Assembly (NCBI GenBank): GCA_904063045.1
Contig: CAJFCJ010000011.1
Coordinates: 186,001 to 250,000, forward strand
DNA length: 64,000 nucleotides
Direction of reading: 5' to 3'
From: Dimorphilus gyrociliatus
Taxonomy: Eukaryota; Animalia; Annelida
Below the pieces are notes generated by a model. The model saw nothing but the letters and a program-made list of their open reading frames with translations, had not been told where the DNA came from and searched no databases. The position numbers and the translations under genes were made by a program. Shown in pieces: positions 36,558 to 49,817 of the stretch (positions are counted from its first letter, which is position 1; each line of letters begins with the position of its first letter).

Positions 36558-38723
36558 ATGAACGACATGGAGGGAGAAGTTTTCAAAGTACCGAAATCTG
36601 GAACAGCTACAGTCCGTCAACAAACCCAGAAATTATCATACATACCACCAGCATGGTCTGGTATTTGCAAAGAACCTTATTCGTTAGAAATCATTAAGAA
36701 TGGGGCTATAGTTACTGATTTAAATTTACTCAATGAAGAATTTGTAGTTTTCGGCCGAGAACCTCCAAGTAAAATAATTATGGAGCATCCGTCGATATCA
36801 AGGCATCATGCTGTATTACAATACTGTCCTGAGGTACGTAATTTATCCATAAAAAGAAAAGACATTTAGTATTTTAGCGATTGAATTTTTAGGGTAATGC
36901 TTTTTATTTAAAAACACTAAAAAAAATCTTTTAATAAATACATATTTTAATTAAAAGGATACCGATAGGAATAAGAAAGGATGGCATGTGTTCGATCTTG
37001 ACTCTACTCACGGAACATCTCTAAATAAACGAAAAATTGAATCAAGGACATTTTTACGACTACGAGTTGGCCATGTTCTTAAATTCGGCGGAAGTACAAG
37101 ATTGCATATTTTAAAAGGTCCCGAAGAGGATAAAGATGATGAACTACCGATGCCAGTTAAGAAACCAAAGTCAGTTGATGAAGACGATGATAATTGTTTA
37201 TGGGGAATGACTAATGATGTAAGGTTATTGTTAATTGCACAATATAGTTTTGAATTTATGAAATTTCAGGAAAAGGATGAAGAAAATGAAGACAACAAAG
37301 TTAATCCATTTAGTCAAGAAACTCACGAGCACTTATATCAAGATGATCCAAAAAAAGCCCTTAAACATTACTTTGACAAAGAAGGTCTCGAGTTTCCCGA
37401 TGTACAAGCGAGTGAAGCCGGTTTTAATAAATATCGTTGTCGAATGGAGTTACCGGATGGCCTCTATGCTGAGGTAACTGTCTCGGGTAGAAAGAAAGAA
37501 GCACAAGTTCAGTGTTATCTAGAGGCTTGTCGAATTTTAGATAGAATTGGGGAATTAACAAAATCCACAACATATGAAAAAAGAAAAACTCAGGTAAATT
37601 AGCTTTTAAATATTGTTTATTCTATTTCTAATAATATTATATTTGTTTAAACCTATAGAAAAAAATATGGGAAGAAAACGATTACTATGATTCTGATGAC
37701 GATGAATTTTTAGATAGAACGGGTGATATTGAAAAGAAAAGGTTAACTCGAATGAAAATAGCAGCCGTTGTTAAAGATAAAGTCCTTACACACGACGAAA
37801 TAACAGCTCAATTAAAAGAAAAACGTCAACGTGTTGACGAACTCGAGGAAATTTTGGCAAAAGCAAAGAAAGATAGTAATAAATTGTCTAAAGTTGGTAT
37901 GGATGCTTTAGAAGATTATATGACAAGTCTAAAAGAAGGAAAATTGGATACTTCAACGAGACAAGCACATCGTAGAGAGATAATTGAATTAAAAAAGGAA
38001 ATTGGCCAACTGGAAAGATTAGAAAGTAAAGCGAGGCCGTGTAAGAATTTGCCAAAATTGTATAATAAATATTTTAGTCATATAAAACCAAAGAATAGTC
38101 AAGTGAAAACGGCCGATTTGCAACCAGCAGAGGTAAAGGAAGAAATCAAACAGGATGGACAGGAAAATAAAAATATTAGTGAATCCAATACCGAAAAAAA
38201 TCTTTCAAAGGTTACTTCTGACGTTGAGGAAAACCAGACGAAGAAAGTATCTAAGATAGATGAAAGACCTGCTTCAGAGTTGGTAAAGGAACAAAAGGTT
38301 ATTAATACTCCAACAGAATCTAAATCCGATGATAAAGCAACATCAACACCTATTACTAATAAAGAGCCATCGCCCGTTAAACAAGCAAAACAAATTGACT
38401 TAGAAAAAAAAGAAGATTTAAAAGAAACAGAATCTTCTCATAAAGTAAAAGTATCGTCTAAATTACTTCCGGAGGATGAAAAAATCTTGAATCAAAAAGA
38501 ACAGCCACAAAAAGAGAGTAAAAAACCAAAAAAGGTTTGTTTTGGAACGTTTAAATTCTTTAGTACGAATTAAACAAATTTTTCTTTTTTACAGAAAGCC
38601 CAAAAACGAAAATTCTTTTCCAAGGATTATTGTGAAGATGATCCAAGCTACGCGACATGGATACCACCGGTTAATCAATCAGGAGATGGTAAAACAAGCT
38701 TAAACGAAAAATTAGGCTATTAA
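36558..38723 (+). CDS. SLC4A1AP: Kanadaptin (FHA + dsRBD + coiled coil), multi-exon
   Basis: YIPPAW, FGR...MEHPSISRHHAVLQY, FDLDSTHGT (FHA domain); DPKKALKHYFDKEG...GRKKEAQVQCYLEACRIL; C-terminus WIPPVNQSGDGKTSLNEKLGY*. Confidence 0.93.
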
Positions 38724-39131
38724 GTTCGATTCTTATCGATAATCCAATGATGAAAAAAAGATGTACAATAGGAGTTTGAGTGCACTTCAGTTGACATAAA
38801 TTGACCATCCGAAGTTATTTTATTTGTTATATAGATTGTAAATACAGAATATACAGTGTAGATTTGAAAAATTCTTCTAAAAAGTATTCGATATTTTTAT
38901 TACAGCATTTAGTCTCTTATTTTTACTTTCTTCAATCTCAACGTCACAAGAAAGTTTAAGAGATACAGGCTCATTTGCCAAAAAAATGAGTTTTTCCTGA
39001 TTTTGTTAAGATAAATAGTCTCGTTTCTTTTTTCATTTTTTTTCAGCATCATCCAGGTGTTTTAAACTGGATATATACCACGATCATAACTTATCTCAAG
39101 CTCTAAAGTGTTATAAGTGATGGGGACACAT

Positions 39132-41167
39132 TTATGCAGAAAATTCTGATACAACTTGTTGAAGATCAACAACAATGTTTGTCATGCCACTCTTTTTGAG
39201 AACGATCACCAAGTCATCGACAGTCCTACTTCTGCTAGTTTGCCACCTTTTAAGAGCAACGGCACATTGTTGCGTTACATCATAGTGATAATTAGTTTTG
39301 ATTATTTTAATATCTTCATTTGACAATTCCAGCGCCTTAGCAAGTTTAGGCCAATTGCTGTTGATTCTAATAGAGACAAATAAACAAGCTCGTTTAAGAG
39401 CTGCCGAACCAGGCATATCCTGGATTATGGTGATGGAATTAAAATCTTTTCGTATTTGCTCTGGTAGGCCTGGACGTAATTTTGAAGCAGGTAATCTCCC
39501 TCTAACTGTTGGTGGATCTGGAACTGTTTTTTTATGAGCCGCTGCTATAACTTCGGCTATAGTTGAATACGGATCTTCCTCCTCTACGTCATCATCAACT
39601 ATGGAATAATAGTGGTCTTCTTCCTCATCGCTTTCATCTGGAGGTTGAAAAATAGGGACTGGTGGCTTTGGCTCATCAGTTACTTTTTTCAAATTAGATT
39701 CATGAAACTTTTGCAGCTCTTGCCTGATAGTATCCATTAAGTTTTGAGAAACTTTACGATTTGGAGCAGGGGGCGGTATTATAGGCTTTTGTCTGGGTCT
39801 GGTAACTTCTCGTAAACTCGCTATTTGAGCTGTGTCGTCTTCATCCAATTCATCCTCTACTTCTTCATCAAGAGGTAAAGATGGAGTATAATCAGGCGAT
39901 TCATTTCCGGATCTCCTAAAAAACAATTTAAAAGTATAATATATATTTTTGTGATAATAGATTATAAACAAATTTACTTTAACTGAGGCCGAGGAATACT
40001 ATGACGTTGTGACTTTAAGTCGTTTGGAACAAGGTAGCCTTCATCTTCCTTTATCTCATCTACATCGATGTAACCATATCCATCTTCAGTATGATCCTTA
40101 ATAGACAACAGCCGATCAGAATCATTGTATATTCGAATTAAATCAACTATTTCTATATATCCTGCTTCTTTAGCCCGATATGCTGCCGTTGTTCCATCCT
40201 TATCCCTCTCCATAGGATCAATGCCAGCCTCCAATAACAGTTGGGCAATTTCTTTCATCCCATCGACACAAGCAAAGTGAAGACAAGACCAACCATACCT
40301 GGACAGAATAGACATTGCTATAGATCAAAAATCGTACAGGCTATTGATAAAAGAAATACGTACTGATCAGGAATTGATATATTTCCTCCGTACTTTTCCA
40401 CTATCATTTTCATGATTTTCTTTTGACCGAAAAGACTGGCCATATGGCATGCCATAATCCCTATGAGAATTTCATAATTAGGAGGGGAATCAATCGCTAA
40501 TTAAAGTACTCAATTAATATTCATAAATTTTCAAGTTTACCTTCATCACTCAATGTATTTATTGGTACACCTCTAAGAATGAAAATCTCAAAAATATCAA
40601 CTAAACCAAGGGCTGCTGATGTAAGAAATGGTGTAGTAACCGAAATTGAACATGATGTCATTTTTTCAAATACATCTAGACTTCTTATCGAAAAAGGTAG
40701 ATTGGATATACTGTAAGAAAACGGAAATAAATGTATATACTGTACATAAAACTGATTTAAATAATTCAGATACGCCAAGTTTATTAGAAACGTGACTCTC
40801 TTTCCTTTTGAATAAAGTAGACCTACATTCAATCGATGAGATTGAAACATTTTGCAACGTATCCGTAAGAAAATGAAGAAAAAAGGGCATATTATATATT
40901 TAAAATTATAATCTATAGATTATAGAGGAAAAGAGAAGAGAAAATACCATAAAACTAGACTTGATAATAGATTAAATAAAGAGGAAATATAGAAAGGAAA
41001 TTGTCAATTATGTTCAATATTATAAAATTCACAAGCAAAACCTACCTAATATTCTGAACGGCTAATTGCGTAACTTCTTCCGTATTCTTTTCTTGAAGAG
41101 ATACTTTTACAGTACTTAAATCCTTCTTAAGAACGGCGGAGAAAAGATATTTATCCTTATCATCCAT
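39132..41167 (-). CDS. Ankyrin-repeat + acidic Tyr/Pro-rich linker + C-terminal death domain protein, multi-exon
   Basis: Ankyrin repeats (TPFLTSAALGLVDI, ACHMASLFGQKKIMKM, GWSCLHFACVDGMKEIAQLLLEAG, GTTAAYRAKEAGYIEIVDLI). Death domain NWPKLAKALELSNEDIKII..YHYDVTQQCAVALKRW...TVDDLVIVLKKSG. The phase-2 junction at ~39917-39975 is consistent. Confidence 0.8.
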
Positions 41168-42681
41168 TGCCAAAAGGTATTTTAAGTCATAATTATTCAC
41201 AATCTAACTATAGGTGGTAGATACTGTTACCCCTCTTTTACGTTTAGAGATTATTTACATTTTTTTCTATCGGCCTATCAAATAGAAAAAAGGTCTGTTG
41301 GTCGGTCATGCTTCAATGAATCCATTCATGTTTATTATCGTTGATAAAAATATGCTCTCACTTAACGTCATATAAGGTGGTAGTATATTTAGTATAACTT
41401 TCCTTTTGCCGATTTAAATGCCATCTGCTTGTAAGTTTCTTTTGAGGAAAAACAAGAATATTTTGTGCAGTCAGCCTATAAAACCTTCTCTCTCTCTGCC
41501 CCGTTCCTCCTCATGCACCCCTCCTTCTGCCCTCGTTAAACAATAAGCTAACCCTAAAGTAGAATAAATAATTTAACCTAATTAACGTTATCCTTTATTG
41601 TTTATTAATGAGGCTGTGTTCTTTTTTTTAAGAACAGAGGAGCATTTTAATTAATTTAATAAAAGTTTAAATATAGTAAAAAAATGGGAATGATAAGATA
41701 TTATCTCATATTTATAAATAAAAAGTATATTAATCTGTTCAAACATGTATTCTCCTCTATCCTAATAGTGGTTTCATAGGCTTAATTAACATTGCTTTCT
41801 CAATAATTTGTAGTAATATTAATGTTTAAATCAGCTGAACAGTCATTTTTTTTTATAATAGAAAATGGGATTGTTCATACCCTAAACGAGTTAAAGATAA
41901 GGAAAATGACTAAAACTAAACTAAACTCGGATACGGATATCAAATTTTAAAGAATTCTTTCTTTAATGAAATATTAGGAATGGAGAGAAGAAGAGGAGTT
42001 GGCAAAAGCTACTTATATTTTGGTATTCATTTTCTTTCATTTAATTCTATAAACATATTCATTAAGATTAAGTAAATAATCCAATGAATATGGTTTTCCT
42101 ATCAATTTCACCCAATTTCCCAATTGACTAGTTTTCTTTACGAAAAAAACTTTAAACAACAATTACGTCAAGGCCTATTATTTACAGTTTGAACTAGAAA
42201 TATTTTTTATGGAAATTATATAAATTTACTATAGTAAATCATATTTTTTTAACTTAGATAGGTATCTATCTAATAGATAATAATCAAAATATTATGATTT
42301 TTATCTCTAATTCAATGAAAATATAAATATACTGTTATAATATATTTTGTTTAATTAATGGATGTTCTTTTTTTTTAATCACTCCTCATTTTTTAGTTAA
42401 AATAGTTAGCGAGATAAGGTTGCGATATTTACATAATAATATATATATAAATTTATATGTATAGATAAAGATAATGATTAATATCATTTTAGTAAGAGTA
42501 AAAAAAGTTAAGATTCTACGTTAAAGATCTTTTAGTAGTGCAATGAAGACATAACCAGTTTTTATCAATATTAGAGGTGAAGACTCTATAGAAAAACAAA
42601 ATGTCCGACTTACGCTGTGTATATAACCACATTGTTCGTCCGATATTGGCGTGATTCGAGATCACTGTCACTGCAGCAAGC

Positions 42682-45600
42682 ATGGATCAGCAATTCACCA
42701 AGGTTCGATATGTATTTATAGCTATTTCTATGAAATAAATTCATATTTTATTTATTAGATGAATTTAAATGGTTGAATAATATTTTTCAGAGCGTGTATA
42801 GGAAGAAATTTGAAGTTCTTAACAAACTATGTCCTAAATTTTGCCGAGCAGAATGTGAAAGTTCAACCAAGGTGATTCTTGATTAAAATGCAATATTAAA
42901 AAGATAAAAAGGCACAAGCTTTGTATAAGATTTTCTCTAATATAATATAAATTTATATTTTAGAACATTGCCTTCCTTAGACGAGCCGATCCAGAGAAAT
43001 TAAGAACTGTCTTTGATAAGGTCAGTTTACGAATCGAGGGGGGGGGAGGGAGTTAATAGTCGTCTAGTAGGCTTAGAATTGTATACATTCAAAATAATTC
43101 ACAATCAATAAATGGCGATCTCATAAAATTTGGTTCTTTTCCAGTATGCTTCGCAAGAAAACAGGCATAGTGAAAAATTTATGACAGGAGAAGATTTCCT
43201 AATAAAATACTTAGGAGTTGTCAATGGATCTGATCTAAATCAGAAAACTATAAATATACTATCTTCCTGTGCCGATACTACAAAAGATGGGTGAGCTTAA
43301 AAGGCTTAAAAGATTAATTTTTGTATTTTCGAATTTACTAAATCGCATACAGTAGACTTATTCATTGACCCATCAAACATTGGCCTTTGTAGCAATTTAT
43401 GTACTTTTTTTTAAGTTGAACATTAAACGAATGCGAACCTTTATCCCCAACAGTCTTATCTCCTTTGTGGAATTTCAAGCTTTCGAAGCTTTGCTATGTT
43501 CACCAGCAGCAATGTATGAATTGGCTTTCCAGTTGTTCGATACTAATGGAAGTGGCTTTGTTACATTTGGTAAGGGAATTATTCAGTCATTTTTTCCCCT
43601 TATTAAAGCTAACAACCAAACTAATGGTTTCAGACGAATTTAAAGACGTAATAAGTCATACAACCATTCATAAGAGAATTCCATTCGATTTTGATTCTGA
43701 ATTTATTAGGCTACATTTTGGAACGGATAAGAAGAGAAATGTTAGCTTCTCTGAATTTTCCCAATTATTACACGTAAGTAGACATATCAATAATGTTTTA
43801 TACTTTAATTATCTAATTAAATAAATTTAATAGGACTTTCACGAAGAGCATGCTATTCAAGCTTTTAGAAAGTTAGATAAGGATAAACGGGGTTATATTA
43901 CAACTCTTGAGTTTCGTGAGATAATGACTTTACTAAAACCTCATCTTTTAACTGATTTTGTCAGAGAGAACTTGGTTCACGTAAGTATTTATATTTCATA
44001 AGTATTATGTTGTAAAAATTTTGATATTTAAAGTTGGCTGGAGGCGAGAGATCTCATCAAGTAACCTTTCAATATTTTACGGCTTTTGTTTCATTGCTAA
44101 ACAATATGGAATTGGTTAAGAGAATACACGATTTTATCAGTAAGGGATACTCTTCGACCGAAATAACTAAAGGTTAATTGTTTATAATTTTATTGTATAC
44201 CATTTACCCATGGGGAATATTTTATATCGTTCCAGAGGAATATTTACATGAAGCTCAAAAGTATACCCAACTGACTCCTATGGAAATTGATATACTCTTT
44301 CAACTTACTGATGTATTACACCAAACAGGGTAAGAATTAAAGTTTATTTTCAATTGTTTTCTTCCTTTTGAAGCGTTCCTTTTTTTATCTTTCTTATTCT
44401 TCTTTCTTCAATTGTCTTTCTATTTCTATCAATTTCAGAATAGGATTAAGAAAAAGGCATAAATAAAGTTTTATCTTTTGATTCTGCCTTGATTAAAGTA
44501 ATTATCAAATTAGCGCTTCATTAATTTTACAAGTAGGAACTTCAATAAAACGTTCCTTTTATCAAGCGTGATAAAGTATCTACTATTGCATCATTTCTGA
44601 AAGTTATTGATACTGACCACTTCAAAAATAGTAATTTATTGATTATATGCATAATGATTATATACTTTATCAGTAAAATTCACACTACTCTATCTTATTT
44701 GCTGTTTTTATTTTGATTTTAGAAAAATATCAATGGCTGATCTGGAAGTGTTTGCTCCTCTGACAGAAGAAAGAATGCCTCACACTATTATAGCCACACA
44801 TATGGCAGTATGTAACAGCTAACATTTGATTAAATTAAACAGTTCATAGTTCCAAATACAATTTACTAGGAAAAGGTGCAAGATTTGGCAGCGGGAACTG
44901 GACGAAATGTTATGATACAAGTACTGGAAAATTGTTACCGTTTCGGATTAGGAGCAATAGCCGGAGGTAATACAACAATTTAACATTGACTAGACAAAAT
45001 TTAAATTGTTTTCTTTGTATTTGTACAGCAACTGGTGCTACGACAGTATATCCAATAGATTTGGTTAAAACTCGTATGCAAAATCAACGCTCCCTATCTG
45101 TTATTGGAGAATTGATGTACAAAAATAGGTAAAATATTATACTATATTTTTTATAAATTAACAAAAACAAGATAATTTCTAATTCTAAATTTGTAATAAT
45201 TTGTTTTCGAAAATAGTTTCGATTGCTTCAAAAAGGTTATAAGACACGAAGGAGTTTTAGGTCTGTATCGTGGTCTACCTCCTCAGTTGGTGGGTGTAGC
45301 TCCAGAAAAAGCTATCAAACTTACTGTAAGATATTTTTTTTATGTCTCCATATATTACTTATATCTCTTTCTTATTACTTGTAGGTTAATGACTTAATGC
45401 GGGATAAACTTAGCAACAAAAATGGCGGTCTTCCTCTGTGGGCTGAGTGTGTTAGTGGTGGAACAGTTAGTAAACATTATTGTCTTTTGAGGTATAAAAA
45501 GTCATTTATACAATTTACTCGTCTTTTTCCCCAATTAGGCTGGTGGCTGTCAAGTTTTGTTTACGAATCCTTTAGAAATAGTGAAAATTCGATTACAAGT

Positions 45601-46490
45601 TGCTGGAGAAGTTACGGCGGCTGTTGCCAAAAAAGAATCAGCCATTTCGGTTGTCAGAGACTTAGGATTACTTGGTTTATACAAGGTACTATAAAAAGTC
45701 TTAATAAAAATATTTTCTTCATTTTTAAACTCTTCTTTTAAAAAAAGGGGGCACGTGCATGTTTACTTCGTGATATACCATTCTCAGCAATCTACTTTCC
45801 TGCTTATGCTCATATGAAAAATTTTACGGCTGATTCTAAAGGATACAACTCACCGGTATCTTTACTTGTATCAGCCACAATAGCCGGTATGTTTTACATC
45901 ATGATAATCCAATTAGAGAAAATTTTCAACGAACCTTGCCCCAATTAGGTGCACCAGCGGCATCTTTAACCACACCTGCTGATGTAATAAAGACTAGGTT
46001 ACAGGTTGTAGCCAGGGAAGGTCAAACAACCTATAGCGGTCTCTTTGACTGCGCGGGTAAAATTTATAGAGAAGAAGGGTTCAGAGCGTTTTGGAAAGGA
46101 GCTGGCGGTAATTTTTTTATATAAATTTTTACAATAAACACTTATTAAAATGTACGCTATAAAATGTTTCTAGCCCGAGTTTTAAGGTCATCACCTCAAT
46201 TTGGCGTAACGCTAATGGCTTACGAGTTACTACAAAGATTCTTCTATGTTGATTTCGGTGGAAGGTAATACATATACTAAAATTTTTTGCTATTTTATGA
46301 TTAATATAATTTATGTAATGTGTATTTTTTTAGACGACCGGCTGGATCTGAACTCAAACCGTCGGCAGAAGAGAGATTACCAGAGAATCCAGATCATATA
46401 GGTGGTTTTAGGGTTGCGTGTGCAACATTTGAAGGAATCGAAACAAAGTTTGGCATCTCTTTCCCCAAATTTAAGAATGGACTGATATAA
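42682..46490 (+). CDS. SLC25A12: Calcium-binding mitochondrial aspartate/glutamate carrier (aralar/citrin), multi-exon
   Basis: [15 protein letters not shown]|YAS, EF-hand region (ADTTKDG|[23 protein letters not shown]), carrier motifs [38 protein letters not shown], and C-terminal [22 protein letters not shown]. Confidence 0.96.
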
Positions 46491-47234
46491 GAAAATATAT
46501 GAGAGAATTCTGCAATATGCTATTGTGATAGCTCTTAAATAATATCTTGACTGATCATTTTATTTAATATTCATTTTGCAGTGGAATTTTAATATTTATA
46601 AAACATACCTGCATTCTACAAGTTTTTATATAGCTATATTTTGCTTACTTATTTTTGCAACTTGGCAAAACAGAGTAAAAGTAATTGAAAAGAATGCCGT
46701 ATAGTATTTTTTTTTTGCAGTGCTTATGTTTTCATGATTAGCAAGAGTTATTATTAAACATGTCTTTTTTTTCCCAAATGTAAAAGCTATATCTTTTAAG
46801 CTATTTATTAAAATATTTTTATGCGCACTATTTATCGTATAATGGTTAATTTTGTAACAAATTTAAAGACACTTACTCAATAATAATTTAAAATGGAGCA
46901 TTTATTTTTTCGGATTTATCGTAAATTTTTCTATAGAAAAGATTGATTTCTTTTATCAGTAAAATAAAAAAGTTATAAACCCTAACAAAGCTGACTAATA
47001 TTTTTTTGTAATTGAGAATATCATTACGACAATATAGATGAAGCATTTCGTTTTGCCGCCAATTAACTATCAACGAACGTATCGAATTTTCAACCAATTA
47101 TCTTTCGATTAATTTTTTGTGCTCAGGCCTACTGATACTGCAGCCGAGATTTTCTTTGTTGAAAAGCGGCACCTTTAGTCTATTATAATTGACGGTTATC
47201 AAAGCAAACTATAGATCATTCTATATTCTACAAT

Positions 47235-48284
47235 ATGAATACAGATGACCACATGTATAATGACAGACAAGAGGATTATTTCTCTCGTTTGGACGGTAGG
47301 AGGGTAGAAAAGGATAATCTTCCGGAGAAAATGTATTATGTTCTTAAAAACATTGAAGAAAAAAGTCGATGTTATTTCGAATATGTTAAAATCGGAACTG
47401 ATTTGACTTTTAATCCTGGCTTACCTTGCAGTAAAATCGGAAAAGTTCTCTATTATCGCCAAACTAACATGAGTTACTTTTTTGTCAGGCTTAAGGGATT
47501 ATGACAGAATGAGAAATAGTTGTGAAGATGTAAGTTACAAACGTCAAGCGGGAGTTTACATGGACATGGTTGAAAACGTCTTAAATGGCATTCATGACTT
47601 TAATATAGCTCAGCAGGATGTAGGAAATTTAATATTTATTTAATTAACACAAGTTCCTTTGCTTTCTTAACTAAATATCTTGGTGTTCACTTATAGATAA
47701 TGAAAAAAACTGCTCCTGAGATTCCACAAAAACAGAAAGATGTAAATATTGACCGTAAAGTGACCTATGTAGAGAAAAAAAGGAAAATTCTAATAAAGCA
47801 GGAAAGACAAGTGCTAGAGAAAAAGGTTCAAGATTACGGCGAGAAATGTCAGGAGACTGGAGATAATCTATTTCTAGATATTTCGGATCATACGTATTGC
47901 AAAGGCAAATAATTATGATACTTTCTTTTATTAATGTTATGTAATTAATTATTAATATTGTCCTAAGGGAATCTATGTTATCTATTGGATGAAGATTTTG
48001 TGATGATTAAAGAAAAGCTAATAGATCCAGAAATAACTAACGATAAAAATGCGTTCATCCCTGTAAGAGTAGCTGCAACTATGATGAATTTTAATGAGTG
48101 GTGCAATCAAGTGTACTCTATTCCAGAGGTAGGTTTTAACGAATTTTGATTTTGAAAATATACAATATGCCGTATATAGTATATTAATAATTTTATAAGT
48201 TCTTTATGCAATCGTAAACTGCAGATGATAACAGTAAAAATCTTGGGTCATCTCCAAGCCCATATAAACTATGATAGTTTGTAA
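47235..48284 (+). CDS. Uncharacterised multi-exon protein (~290 aa), includes a probable GC-AG intron; 3' end 48149 or 48284
   Basis: Phase-consistent exons ~47235-47429, ~47490-47619, ~47699-47904, 47968-48128. No family recognised. Confidence 0.6.
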
Positions 48285-49817
48285 TATACGACAATGATAA
48301 GTCAAATTTCGGATCAGCGAACGCAGCTTGACCTCCAGTTCCTGGATGTCCGAATATTAATCCTCCCTTTAAAACAATAAATTAAAATTAAAACATATTT
48401 TATATTGCAGGAAACTAATACTACATGAGGAGCTTTTATCAAGAAATATCCATAAGATATCTGACTGGGTTCGATATCCACAATGATGTTTCGTCCTTTG
48501 ACTAGTGGCTTGTTCAAATCTTTCGCAAATTCTTTATTAAGAATTTCACCGGATAGAATAAGTGAATAAAATTTAGCTAAGGTCTGAGCATTGCTAAACC
48601 CCATTAGGGAACCATCTGGTATAGCTCTATTGTATGGATTATTTAACCAGTAGCTCTATTAAGATAACCGTAATCATGTTATTGTAAAATAAAATAAAAA
48701 ATAATTAACTCAAACCTGTAAATATTCAATTGGATTAGTTAAAGCGGCGTTCGTTAATGACCCTGGTTTAATTAAGTTAAGAAATATGCTTAAATATTTC
48801 CTTCCTGTTGTGAACATGTCAAGGTTAGGTATATTGACCTAAGAAGAAAAATTTAAAAGAATACATATATATATATATATATGTATGTATATATATTAGT
48901 GATATATATACAGCATATATCTATACCTCGTAAAATTTCGCTGTTCGATAATTTTCAGTCAGAGGTAAACCCAAGTACAAATCTAACTGATAAGGGAAGG
49001 AGAACTCCTCTGCTACGTAGTCACTTAAGGATCTATGACTTAAGTCAACTCTTCTAACTATATTATCAACTAATACTCCAGTTGTTAAGCCATGATATCC
49101 AATTTTAGTACCAGCTGGCCAAGATGGTTTTTGCTCAGCAAAAATTTCAGATACTTTCGTATAGTTTTCAAGCAAGTCTTTAGGATCCCAAGTTTTCTCT
49201 ATAATTGCCATTCCTGCCTGGAAATTAAGTATTTAACATAAAAAAGTATATAATTAGGAATTATAAAAGATCTTGATTCGCATCACAAACTCGTTTTCAT
49301 CAATAAGATGTCATGAGGTGCTTACTGTATGCGTAAGTAGATGCTTGATGGTAATATTAGATTTTCCATTCTGAGAAAACTCTGGCCAGTACTTAGAAAT
49401 AGGTTGATCATAATCTAATAATCCTTTGGATTGTAGATGGTTTAAAGCTGTCATTGCTACTCCTTTCGTGCTTGAAAATACTTGGGTAATCGTATCAAAT
49501 GTCCAAGGATTTCGAGTTTCTTTGTCAGCATAGCCTCCAACTAAATTTACAATTAGCTTGCCTTTATGATATGCAGCAAAGTTTGCACCTTGAATATTCC
49601 CATTTTTAACTTCATTTCTGTGAATAAAGGAAATCACAGAATATTCTTTAGGAAATTTTCAAAAATAGGTATACTACATGAAGATTTCCGCTACTTTCTC
49701 GAACCCAGGCTCCGTAAAGATATGATAATTTAGTGGTGGATTATTAGTAGGTCGGAAGATAGCAAATATTGCAACAATTACTCCTAAGATACCTAACAAT
49801 ACGTTAATTTTTGACAT
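48193..49817 (-). CDS. Beta-lactamase domain-containing serine hydrolase (class C/esterase VIII-like; lact-2-like), N-terminal signal/anchor, multi-exon
   Basis: GANFAAYHKGKLIVNLVGGYAD, catalytic SxxK in FSSTKG, DQPISKYWPEFSQNGKSNITIKHLLTH, PSWPAGTKIGYHGLTTG, FGHPGTGGQAAFADP; stop at 48193. Confidence 0.9.
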
